Part shown: piece after piece, positions 36,379 to 44,513 of the stretch
Position numbering within the stretch: the stretch's first letter is position 1
Layout: every line of letters begins with the position of its first letter
From: a virus
Taxonomy: Duplodnaviria; Caudoviricetes
IMG/VR virus record: IMGVR_UViG_3300037424_001329
Span: 1-55,917 of that record
Reading direction: 5' to 3' (one strand)
DNA: 55,917 nt
Translations under genes and position numbers: made by a program
Notes under the pieces: generated by a model
The model's input: the letters and a program-made list of their open reading frames with translations, nothing else
What the model was told of the DNA's origin: nothing
The model's database searches: none

Positions 36379-38172
36379 ATGGCAGACTCAAACGCCGCCG
36401 AGCTTATCAGCCTCGGCCAACGGCTGTTCTCCTACAAGGGGACCAACGATTCGCTCTGGCAAATACTCGCGGACCAGTTCTATCCGGAGCGGGCGACCTT
36501 CACCCGCCACAGGGTAGAGGGCAACGAGTTTGTCGAGCTGCTTTACGAATCAGTTCCGGCGCAGAACCGCCGGGATCTCGCGGGCGCTATGGGCGCCATT
36601 CTGCGGCCACGCGGAAAGCAATGGTTCATGCCCAAACCCCGCGAGGCCTGGAGGAAGACCGACCGTGCGGTCATGTGGCTGGACTTTGTGCAGAACCAGC
36701 TGCGCTCCATGCTTTACTCGGCGCGGTCCGGGTTCCAGACGGCGCTGTCCCACGGCGACCACGACTTCGTGTCGTTCGGGAACAAGGTGATTTCGGTCAC
36801 GGAGAACTTCACCCGCGACGGACCGTTCTTCGAGCTGCACCACCTGCGCGACTGCGCCTGGGCACAGAACCGCAACCTGGACGTCGACACGATGTTCCGC
36901 AAGTTCAAGATGCCGATCCGGAATGCGGCGCGGCGCTTCGGCGAGAAGAACCTCAGCTCCGGGCAGGCGCGCGCTTTGGTCAAGGACCCATACCAGGAGA
37001 TGGAGGTCTGGCACGCCTGCCTGCCGACCGACGATTACGAGGGGTATTGGGGGGCACGCGGGCGCCGGAGCCCAGCCCGCAAGCCGTTTTCCTCCATCTA
37101 CATCAACATGGCCGGCGGCACCATCATGGAGGAGGGCGGCTACTTCGAGTTCCCTTACCGCGTGGCGCGCTGGGCGCGGAACGATAAATCCGCCTACGGC
37201 TATTCCCCAGCCGCCATGCTCGGTTTGATCGACGCTCGCCTGCTGCAGTCGCAGGCCCGCGTGATCCTGGAGGCCGGCGAGCGTGTGGTTGACCCGCCGA
37301 TGATCGCCACCAAGGACGCCGTACTCGGCGGCGTCAACACTTACGCCGGCGCGACCAACTGGATCGACGCCGACTACGACGAGAAGACCGGCATCGCCCT
37401 GCGGCCTTTGGACACCGGCGCGCAGATTCCACTTGGTCTGCAGATGAAGATCGACACCCGTCAGATTTTGACAGCGGCCTTCTACCTCAACAAGCTGGAA
37501 CTGCCTTCCGAGCGCGAGATGACCGCCTTCGAGACGAATCAGCGGATCGCCGAATACATCCGGTCGGCCGGCCCGGTGTTCGAACCCTTCGAGGTAGACA
37601 ACGCTTCCCTGCTCGACCTGGTGTTCTCCATGGGCTTGCGTCTCGGCTGGTTCGGGCCGCAGGAGATGATCCCGCCGGAACTCTCCGGCGGCGAGATTAT
37701 CTTCGACTTCGACACCCCGCTGCAGATGGCCTTCGATCGCCAGCAGGTGGCGCAGGCCCAAGAGACCCTGCAATGGATGGGGTCCGTCATGCAGGCCGAC
37801 CCGGCCATCAAGGACAACTTCGACCTGGACAAGCTCACCCGCGCCACCGCGCGCCGGATTGGAGGCGACCCGGATTGGCTGGTAAACGAGGACATCCTCC
37901 AGCAAAAACGGCAGGAGGCGGCTCAGCAGCAGGAGATGCAGCAGCACCTGGCGATGCTCCAGCAGGGCGGACAAGCTGTGGGTACTGCAGCCGATGCTGT
38001 TCCAAAGGTTGCGATGGCAAACGAAGCAGGTAAGATGCTACATCAGAATTTCCCTCCTGAACTCATGCAGTCCATCACGGGGGAGGACGAATCAGGAGAC
38101 GGAAGTGGCCAGCTCAGCCAGACAGACCACGGGGACTATCCCGTCGATCCAGGCCGCATGCAGGCCGCTTGA
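36379..38172 (+). CDS. portal (head-to-tail connector, T7 gp8/BPP-1-like)
   Basis: 'WQILADQFYP', 'DFVSFG', 'FPYRVARW....YGYSP', 'DPP', 'MTAFE', synteny. Confidence 0.88.
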   Translation: MADSNAAELISLGQRLFSYKGTNDSLWQILADQFYPERATFTRHRVEGNEFVELLYESVPAQNRRDLAGAMGAILRPRGKQWFMPKPREAWRKTDRAVMWLDFVQNQLRSMLYSARSGFQTALSHGDHDFVSFGNKVISVTENFTRDGPFFELHHLRDCAWAQNRNLDVDTMFRKFKMPIRNAARRFGEKNLSSGQARALVKDPYQEMEVWHACLPTDDYEGYWGARGRRSPARKPFSSIYINMAGGTIMEEGGYFEFPYRVARWARNDKSAYGYSPAAMLGLIDARLLQSQARVILEAGERVVDPPMIATKDAVLGGVNTYAGATNWIDADYDEKTGIALRPLDTGAQIPLGLQMKIDTRQILTAAFYLNKLELPSEREMTAFETNQRIAEYIRSAGPVFEPFEVDNASLLDLVFSMGLRLGWFGPQEMIPPELSGGEIIFDFDTPLQMAFDRQQVAQAQETLQWMGSVMQADPAIKDNFDLDKLTRATARRIGGDPDWLVNEDILQQKRQEAAQQQEMQQHLAMLQQGGQAVGTAADAVPKVAMANEAGKMLHQNFPPELMQSITGEDESGDGSGQLSQTDHGDYPVDPGRMQAA

Positions 38173-38199
38173 TCCCATCCGTAGCGTGCGGGAGACGGC

Positions 38200-38571
38200 A
38201 TGAAGCGTCACGGCCGGACAGCCAAGGTCACCATCGGCGGGGAGACACGCGAGTACCCCACCGGCTACCTCGGTGAGGGCGTGCGGCGGGAGGACACTCC
38301 CATTCCGCCGGCCCCGTGGCTTCCTGCCCCATACGACGACGCCGATATCGCCGCCATGAAGGCAATGGCCCACGGCCAGGCCGAACCGTACCAGCAGCAG
38401 CTCGCACTGCGCTGGATACTCTACATGCTGGGGACGGCCGCGCCGTGCCTTGTCCCCGGAGACCAATATATGCAGTCGGCTGCCGCCGGTAAGCAGTGGG
38501 GAGGCCAGCAGATCTTCAAGCTGATCGAAAAAGTTCACAACAGGAAAGCCGATTCGGAACATGGTATTTAG
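38200..38571 (+). CDS. conserved post-portal protein (Bbp19-like)
   Basis: 'GQAEPYQQQLALRWIL...AAGKQWGGQQI'; synteny. Confidence 0.6.
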   Translation: MKRHGRTAKVTIGGETREYPTGYLGEGVRREDTPIPPAPWLPAPYDDADIAAMKAMAHGQAEPYQQQLALRWILYMLGTAAPCLVPGDQYMQSAAAGKQWGGQQIFKLIEKVHNRKADSEHGI

Positions 38572-39583
38572 GAACATCTTGGAATTGATTACGCGCGCGC
38601 CGGAAGGCGAGGGTGATGCTGGCACCGCCGGTGCTGACGACCAAAAGGATGCTGGCGCGGCAGGTGATGGCGGCGCGGGAGAAGGCGGTGACGCCGGCGC
38701 CCAACAGGGTGATGCCAAAGCTGCCGTAGGCGCGGCACCAGAATGGCCGGCTGACGGTTTCCCGGACGATTGGGCGGACCGGATGCTGAAGTCGTCCGGG
38801 CTTAATGACGACGCCGCCGAGAAAGCCAAGAAGTTTTTCGAGCGCCGCAAGTCTCCCGCCGACGTGCTGAAGAGCGCCTTGTCGGCCGACAGCCGTATTA
38901 GCGAGCTGTCGGAAGACCTGAAGGGCAGGCTGAAGCCGCTGACGGGCAAGGACGACAAGCCGGAAGATGTGGCCGCCTGGAACAAGGCCATGGGCATCCC
39001 GGACGCGCCGGACAAATACCAGATCTGGGAGGACACCAAAGCCCCCTGGGCGCCGGAAGAGAAGGCCATGATCGAGGGCGTGCTTCCGCTCTTCCACAAG
39101 GAGGGTCTTGGCCAGAAGGGCGTCGACGCCGCGCTGCAGGTGTTCCGCAAGGTGCAAGACGACAGCCTGCGCCAGATGAAGGTGGCCGCCATGCAAGTGG
39201 CCGACACTACCACGGAAAATCTCCGCATCGACTACGGCAAGAACTATGACGCCCAGATCGAGATGGCGAACCGGGTCGCCGGCGAGGTATTCAACAAGTT
39301 CCTGCCCAAGGACACCAATCTCCACAGCATCCTCAGCCTGCCGCTGTCCACCGGCGGCACAGTCGGCGACTATGAGCCGTTCGTGCGCGGCATGATCGAG
39401 CTGGGCAAGGTGTTCGGCGACCATGGTGCGCTGGAGACCGGCATGTCCGACCCCAAGAGCCTGGAGAGCCGGCGCGCGGAAATCCACCAGATGCAGATGA
39501 AGGACCCCAAGGCATATGCGGCCGCACAGGCTGAGCTGGTCCAGATCACCACGGCGCTGAAGCGCCAGGGCAAGGTGAAGTGA
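38561..39583 (+). CDS. capsid scaffolding/assembly protein
   Basis: G/A/D-rich N-terminus, 'MGIPDAPDKY', helical; lies upstream of the capsid gene. Confidence 0.7.
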   Translation: MVFRNILELITRAPEGEGDAGTAGADDQKDAGAAGDGGAGEGGDAGAQQGDAKAAVGAAPEWPADGFPDDWADRMLKSSGLNDDAAEKAKKFFERRKSPADVLKSALSADSRISELSEDLKGRLKPLTGKDDKPEDVAAWNKAMGIPDAPDKYQIWEDTKAPWAPEEKAMIEGVLPLFHKEGLGQKGVDAALQVFRKVQDDSLRQMKVAAMQVADTTTENLRIDYGKNYDAQIEMANRVAGEVFNKFLPKDTNLHSILSLPLSTGGTVGDYEPFVRGMIELGKVFGDHGALETGMSDPKSLESRRAEIHQMQMKDPKAYAAAQAELVQITTALKRQGKVK

Positions 39584-39936
39584 TGAGCGGGAAAGAAATC
39601 AACGCCTTCCTCGATTGGTTCGCGGGCTGGTCGGAAAACATCGACGGAGTCCCCACTCAGAAGCAGTGGGAACGCCTGACCGGCAAGATAGCAGCCATCC
39701 CGCGCCTGGATAGCCAGGCAGCATGCGCTGAGCCGGTGATCTACCAGAACATCGCCACCGGGACACCACTCCCGAACGGGAGGACAATGATGGACGAGCG
39801 GGAGTGGCGCCGTGCCCTGAAGCTGGCCCTGGAGGACATGGGCTGCGACGAGGCGGCACAGATGTCTAGCCAGGAAGCCTATGACGGCCGGGTAGACCCG
39901 GATGTCATCGCCCGCATGATCTATTCCGTGGAGTAG
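39580..39936 (+). CDS. hypothetical protein
   Basis: 'FLDWFAGWSENIDGVPTQKQWERL'. Confidence 0.6.
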   Translation: MMSGKEINAFLDWFAGWSENIDGVPTQKQWERLTGKIAAIPRLDSQAACAEPVIYQNIATGTPLPNGRTMMDEREWRRALKLALEDMGCDEAAQMSSQEAYDGRVDPDVIARMIYSVE

Positions 39937-39941
39937 CCGCT

Positions 39942-40172
39942 TTGAGCCGGAAAAGCAGAAGAGGGAAGTGGAGAGACAAGCAGGCGCGCTGGAGCCCAGG
40001 GGGCGCGTTGGATCGCACTCCCGCAAGGCCAGCACCCCAGCAGCCTGTACTCCTCCCCGACATCGCCGCCGGCCCGCCGGCCCTGAGCCACAAATGGCCG
40101 TGGAGGCTTTCGGTCTTTTGTCTGGGCCTCATCGTCATTGCGGTCGCCCGCGCAATTATTCAGGCAGCGTAG
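39942..40172 (+). CDS. small protein with C-terminal TM helix
   Basis: Basic N-terminus, hydrophobic C-terminus. Confidence 0.4.
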   Translation: MSRKSRRGKWRDKQARWSPGGALDRTPARPAPQQPVLLPDIAAGPPALSHKWPWRLSVFCLGLIVIAVARAIIQAA

Positions 40173-40726
40173 TGTACGCGATTTCCATCCGCCAGCCCTA
40201 CGCCTCCATGATCGTCAACGGCTTCCGCTTTGTGGACATCCGCCCGTACCCCTTGCCGGAGGGCCGGGCGGGGACACGGATCGCCATCCACGCCTCGGTG
40301 CACGCGGTCCCGCAGAAGGCTCTCGCCAGGATCGTCCACGATTCCCTGCCCTCTTGCTTCGGCATCAACCCCGCCCGCATCAGGGTCATGCACAGGTTTA
40401 TGGCGAAGGCCTGGGCGGAATACACAGTTGGCCGCGAGCGGATAGACCCCATGTTCCCTCGCGCCGCGATCGTCGGCACCGCAGTGGTCCAGCAGTCCTA
40501 CCAGATGAAGCCATCCGGGATGTGGGTATGGCCGCTGACAGAGGTGCGGCGCCTGGAGGAACCCGTTCCGATGAGCGGTAGTGTCAGGGTGTGGTGGACC
40601 GATAAGGGCATCCCCTTGCGTGCTGGCACGATAGAGGCCGGCTCCTGCCCGGCATACCTGTTGAAAAATAACGGCAAAGACTTGACACAGATGTTAGCAT
40701 ACGCTTATGGGCCAGCCAAAGTTTGA
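40172..40726 (+). CDS. ASCH-domain protein
   Basis: 'AISIRQPYASMIVNG...RIAIHAS...AIVGTA...W.W.L..V..L..PVP..G...W'. Confidence 0.75.
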   Translation: MYAISIRQPYASMIVNGFRFVDIRPYPLPEGRAGTRIAIHASVHAVPQKALARIVHDSLPSCFGINPARIRVMHRFMAKAWAEYTVGRERIDPMFPRAAIVGTAVVQQSYQMKPSGMWVWPLTEVRRLEEPVPMSGSVRVWWTDKGIPLRAGTIEAGSCPAYLLKNNGKDLTQMLAYAYGPAKV

Positions 40727-41096
40727 GCGTGTCACTCCGGCCATCGGACGCCTGAGGTTTACGCGGGCCGGTTATGCCAGGGCCTTTCATAAGATGGGCA
40801 GGGCAGAGTCTGTGAGAACTCAAAGTTCAGTAATTAGTAATTATGCAAAGTTTACAGAGGTCTACGCCGAAGGCGCCGTGTACAGAAAGTCTAATCGAGG
40901 CGATACTTTCTACATAACACAGTGCAAAATGGCACGGAACTTAGAAGATAGAAAAAAACTTCTTTCACTGATGAAACGTTCAATGGACGGAGAGCGGATA
41001 CAACTTGTTATCTGCACAAGAGACGTCATAGAACCTTACTATGACGAGGCGTACACCGCATTTTGCGGGAACGTTCTGATCCTGGACGAAGTATAG
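40707..41096 (+). CDS. AT-rich hypothetical protein (moron-like)
   Basis: 129 aa; visibly AT-richer than the flanks; TTGACA at 40682 just upstream. Confidence 0.5.
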   Translation: MGQPKFERVTPAIGRLRFTRAGYARAFHKMGRAESVRTQSSVISNYAKFTEVYAEGAVYRKSNRGDTFYITQCKMARNLEDRKKLLSLMKRSMDGERIQLVICTRDVIEPYYDEAYTAFCGNVLILDEV

Positions 41097-41318
41097 ATTT
41101 GGACCTTTTGCCGGGCACCCCGCTTCACGCGGCCCTGGAAAATCCTCTTCCTAAACGATTCGACATATCACGCCCCGTCCCGCGCCGCCTGGCCCCCAGC
41201 CTGCGAACCCATGACGATTCCGTCTGAGGTTCACGGGGCACCCCACGGCTGAGCGCTACGATGGGTACTCGTCTATGCCGGTCAAAGCAAATCTCAACCT
41301 CAGAATCGGAGATCAGCA

Positions 41319-42155
41319 ATGGCTGACTTGACCGTACTTCAAACCATCTACGCGGCTGAATTCCAGACCGTGTTCGAGCAGAAGCAGTCCTTCCTCCGCG
41401 GCACGGTGACCACGGACGGCACTGTGAACGGCAACAACTACATCTTCATCATCGAGTCTCTGGCTGACACGGCCAAGACCCGCGGCGCCTCGGGCAACAT
41501 CCCGTATGCGGCCGACAACCAGTCGAGCGCCACCTGCTCGCTGACCGAGTACCATCACCTGGCGCGCAAGAACAACTTCGACGTCGCGGCGTCGAGTGTT
41601 CCCCAGCGCACCAACATGCAGAAGCGCGGCGTGACGTCTCTGAACCAGCGCACGGATCAGCTGATCCTGGCCGAGGCGGCTCAGACCACCTACAACTGCG
41701 GCGGCGCTGCGGCCGGCGTGACGCTCGGCCTGCTGCTCTATGCCTGCTCGATCCTGGACACCAACTACGTCCCGGACGACGGTGAGCGCTACGGCCTGCT
41801 GACCCCGATGGCTTGGGCCTGGACGATGAAAATCAGCCAGTTCACCAGCTGGGATTGGGTCGGCGAGAACGACAAGCCCTTCATGCGCCAGACGCAGTGG
41901 AGAGAGTGGAACGGCGTCAAGTGGGCGCGCCACCCGAACCTGCCCGGCACCGGCACGTCGTCTGCCAGCTGCTTCGTCTACCACAAGGGCGCGCTTGGTC
42001 ACGCTCTGAACCAGGGCGAGATGCAGTCCATGGTCGGCGTCAACACCGAGCATGATTACTCCTGGGCGCGCGTGAGCGCGTATATGGGCGCCAAGCTCAT
42101 CCAGGGCGGCGGTGTTGTGAAGGTCCTTCATAACGACACGACCTCGGTCCTCTAA
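41319..42155 (+). CDS. major capsid protein
   Basis: 'FQTVFEQKQSFLRGTV', 'LNQRTDQLIL', 'VPDDGERYGLLTP', 'WNGVKW..HPNLP', 'MGAKLIQ..GVV'; strong codon bias; synteny. Confidence 0.85.
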   Translation: MADLTVLQTIYAAEFQTVFEQKQSFLRGTVTTDGTVNGNNYIFIIESLADTAKTRGASGNIPYAADNQSSATCSLTEYHHLARKNNFDVAASSVPQRTNMQKRGVTSLNQRTDQLILAEAAQTTYNCGGAAAGVTLGLLLYACSILDTNYVPDDGERYGLLTPMAWAWTMKISQFTSWDWVGENDKPFMRQTQWREWNGVKWARHPNLPGTGTSSASCFVYHKGALGHALNQGEMQSMVGVNTEHDYSWARVSAYMGAKLIQGGGVVKVLHNDTTSVL

Positions 42156-42190
42156 TCCGCGGCTGAGAAACCGAGAAAGGAAATACGATC

Positions 42191-42952
42191 ATGGCTTATT
42201 TGACTGCGAATCTCCACCAGGTGCCGATGGCTGGTCATGCTGTCAACATCTGGGTCTACGACAGCACCGACGCCGCCGCAACCGTCCTGGCTTCCGGCTA
42301 TATTTCGGACAGCTACGACCGCGGCATGCGGGTGGGTGATCTGGTGTTTGTCCGCCAGTTCACCACCACGGCGTTCACCGCCCTGACGGCGCTGACCATG
42401 CACTCGTGCTCGGCGTCTGTGAACGGCACCGGCGCTACGCTGTCGGCGATCCTGACTGGCGGCACCTCGGTGCTGTCCGTGGCGACCGCCAGCAGCCCGC
42501 TGGTGACGTCCGATAGCGCGGCCGGCTACGGTGTCGGCTCGATCTGGTACAACACCACCACCAAGGTGATGTGGATCTGCGGCTCTGCCTCGGCTGGCGC
42601 TGCGGTGTGGAACCCGGTGAACACCATCGTCACCCTGGGGCAGGGCTTGAACCTGGCCACCACCACCATCGGCTTTGTGGCTCCGTTTAAGTACCGCATC
42701 GACAAGCTGTATGGCGTGAAACGCGCCGCTGTTGGCGGCTCCGGCTCGGCGACTTTGACGTGCTCCATCGCCACGACGGCTGTGACCGATGGCGTACTGA
42801 CCTCTGTCACGGCGGGTGCTGCCGGCGACGTTTACTCGGCGACCCCCTCGGCTCTGAATACGGGCGCGGCTGGCGACTACATCAAAGTGGTTTCCTCCGG
42901 CTCGGCCACGGGCACGGATGATGTGTACATCGTTCTGACCCAGGTGATGTAA
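42191..42952 (+). CDS. capsid decoration/head-fibre protein
   Basis: Follows the capsid gene; 'WVYDSTDAAATV...GY' plus fibre-type 'D...GYGVGSIWYN......WIC.....GAAVW'. Confidence 0.6.
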   Translation: MAYLTANLHQVPMAGHAVNIWVYDSTDAAATVLASGYISDSYDRGMRVGDLVFVRQFTTTAFTALTALTMHSCSASVNGTGATLSAILTGGTSVLSVATASSPLVTSDSAAGYGVGSIWYNTTTKVMWICGSASAGAAVWNPVNTIVTLGQGLNLATTTIGFVAPFKYRIDKLYGVKRAAVGGSGSATLTCSIATTAVTDGVLTSVTAGAAGDVYSATPSALNTGAAGDYIKVVSSGSATGTDDVYIVLTQVM

Positions 42953-42958
42953 GTGCTA

Positions 42959-42997
42959 TGATGGGGCGTCCGGCCGATTCGGGCGCCCCATCACTTT
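42959..42997 (+). terminator. intrinsic terminator-like hairpin after the capsid genes
   Basis: TGATGGGGCG...CGCCCCATCA followed by CTTT. Confidence 0.5.
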
Positions 42998-43009
42998 GAA
43001 GGAACCCTC

Positions 43010-43522
43010 ATGTCTGAAGACGAAGTCAAGACCGAAACCCCCGCATACGCCATCGAGCGCCCGAAGCCCCAGCTGCACGAGCAGCACGTCCAGCCGGCGG
43101 AGCATACCCGCACCGTCTGGGCCGCGGTCGTTCCGGCCGGGCACACGCTGGAAGACGCGCTCGACCCCGGCTACCTGTTCAACTCCCACCGCAGCCTCCG
43201 CCCTGGCCATCTGGTCGAGCTGACCAGCGCCACGCATGACCTGTACGCCATGTTCTATGTGCTGAAGGTGGATGAAGTCGCCCAAGCCATTATCATGGTG
43301 CCGATCATGGGACCGCACAAGCTCAACGAAATTCCGATCCGGATTCCCAATCTGGCCCAGGTCCGGTTCGAGTATCTGGGCGAAACCGCCAAGTGGGGCG
43401 TGATCATGGGGAAGACCGTGGTCTCCAAGAACCACCTGACGGAAGAGGCCGCGCGCGAGTGGCACGAGGCCGCCACGGTTTCGCATTCGCAGACGGCGAA
43501 GAAAAAAGGAAAGGCCGCTTAA
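43010..43522 (+). CDS. hypothetical protein in the virion module
   Basis: AAGGA RBS; 'TLEDALDPGY..N...LRPG..VE'. Confidence 0.7.
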   Translation: MSEDEVKTETPAYAIERPKPQLHEQHVQPAEHTRTVWAAVVPAGHTLEDALDPGYLFNSHRSLRPGHLVELTSATHDLYAMFYVLKVDEVAQAIIMVPIMGPHKLNEIPIRIPNLAQVRFEYLGETAKWGVIMGKTVVSKNHLTEEAAREWHEAATVSHSQTAKKKGKAA

Positions 43523-43523
43523 G

Positions 43524-44129
43524 ATGGCAACCCAGCTCACCGTGACCAACGAGGCCCTCGGCATCATCGGTGAGCCGCCCATTAGCGACCCGAACGTCAA
43601 CATCACGGCGGCCCGCGAAATGCTGGCCGTCTGGACCGATTCCATCAACGTGGTGCTGGAGCAGGCCGAGTGGAACTTCGCCCGCAAGCGCGTGCAGCTC
43701 TCCTTGGCCGCCACAGCCCCGGCCTGGGGGTACAACAACTACTACGCCCTGCCGGCCGACTGGATCCGCACCATCATGCTCTCGCCCAACGGGCTACAGA
43801 GCGATGAGATCATCCAGTTCCAGCTTGAAAATGGCCTGATCGCCTGCAACGAGAACACGGTCTACCTCTATTACATCACCTCGGACGCCTACACGAACAC
43901 CGGCTCCTGGCCGCCGCTGTTCGCCAAGTGGGTCGCGGCCGAGATGGCCTTCGCCAAGGCGCCGCGGCTCAACCCATCCGCCATAGGCGTTGCGCAGGAG
44001 GCATGCAAACTCTGGCAGAAGATGGCGAAGAACTCCGACCAGATCAACCAGCCTCCGAAACTGCGTCACCCCGGCCGGTGGGCGACCGCCCGGCGCGTAG
44101 GCTTCGCCACCAACCGCGAACAGTTCTGA
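43524..44129 (+). CDS. tail tubular protein A / head-tail adaptor (T7 gp11-like)
   Basis: 'NEALGIIGEPPI', 'WNFARKRVQL', 'YALPADWIR', 'WPPLF'. Confidence 0.8.
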   Translation: MATQLTVTNEALGIIGEPPISDPNVNITAAREMLAVWTDSINVVLEQAEWNFARKRVQLSLAATAPAWGYNNYYALPADWIRTIMLSPNGLQSDEIIQFQLENGLIACNENTVYLYYITSDAYTNTGSWPPLFAKWVAAEMAFAKAPRLNPSAIGVAQEACKLWQKMAKNSDQINQPPKLRHPGRWATARRVGFATNREQF

Positions 44130-44132
44130 CCC

Positions 44133-44513
44133 TTGCGCCTCTCCGTCAAGGATCTGAAAGCCCTCGAAGCCCAGGGCCGCGTCGTCCTGCCAGCCCGCCC
44201 GTCAAAATACCGGGCCGAGCGTGTCACCACAGAGGACGGCAGCTTCGACAGCAAGGCCGAGTACAAGCGCTGGTGCACTCTGAAGCTGCTGGCGCGCGCC
44301 GGGGTCATCGGCGATTTGAAGCGGCAGGTGCCATTTCCATTTGAGATGGATGGCACCGTCATCTTCAAGTGGATCGCCGACTTCACCTATACGGAGAAGG
44401 GCAGTATCACGGTTGAGGATGTCAAGGGTGTTGCTACTCCTTTGTATAAGCTGAAGAAAAAGCTGATACAAGCCAAGCACAACATAACAATAGTCGAGAT
44501 AAAAAAGCCATGA
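44133..44513 (+). CDS. DUF1064-family PD-(D/E)xK nuclease
   Basis: 'SKYRA', 'FDSKAEYKRW', 'LKRQVPF', 'ADFTY...VEDVKG', 'YKLKKKL'. Confidence 0.85.
   Translation: MRLSVKDLKALEAQGRVVLPARPSKYRAERVTTEDGSFDSKAEYKRWCTLKLLARAGVIGDLKRQVPFPFEMDGTVIFKWIADFTYTEKGSITVEDVKGVATPLYKLKKKLIQAKHNITIVEIKKP

Noticed and set aside
36550-39487. Long minus-strand ORFs opposite the portal and scaffold genes (similar ones lie opposite the capsid gene and at 7241-8320 and 28954-30120)
   Set aside because: Typical GC-rich antisense frames opposite well-supported genes.
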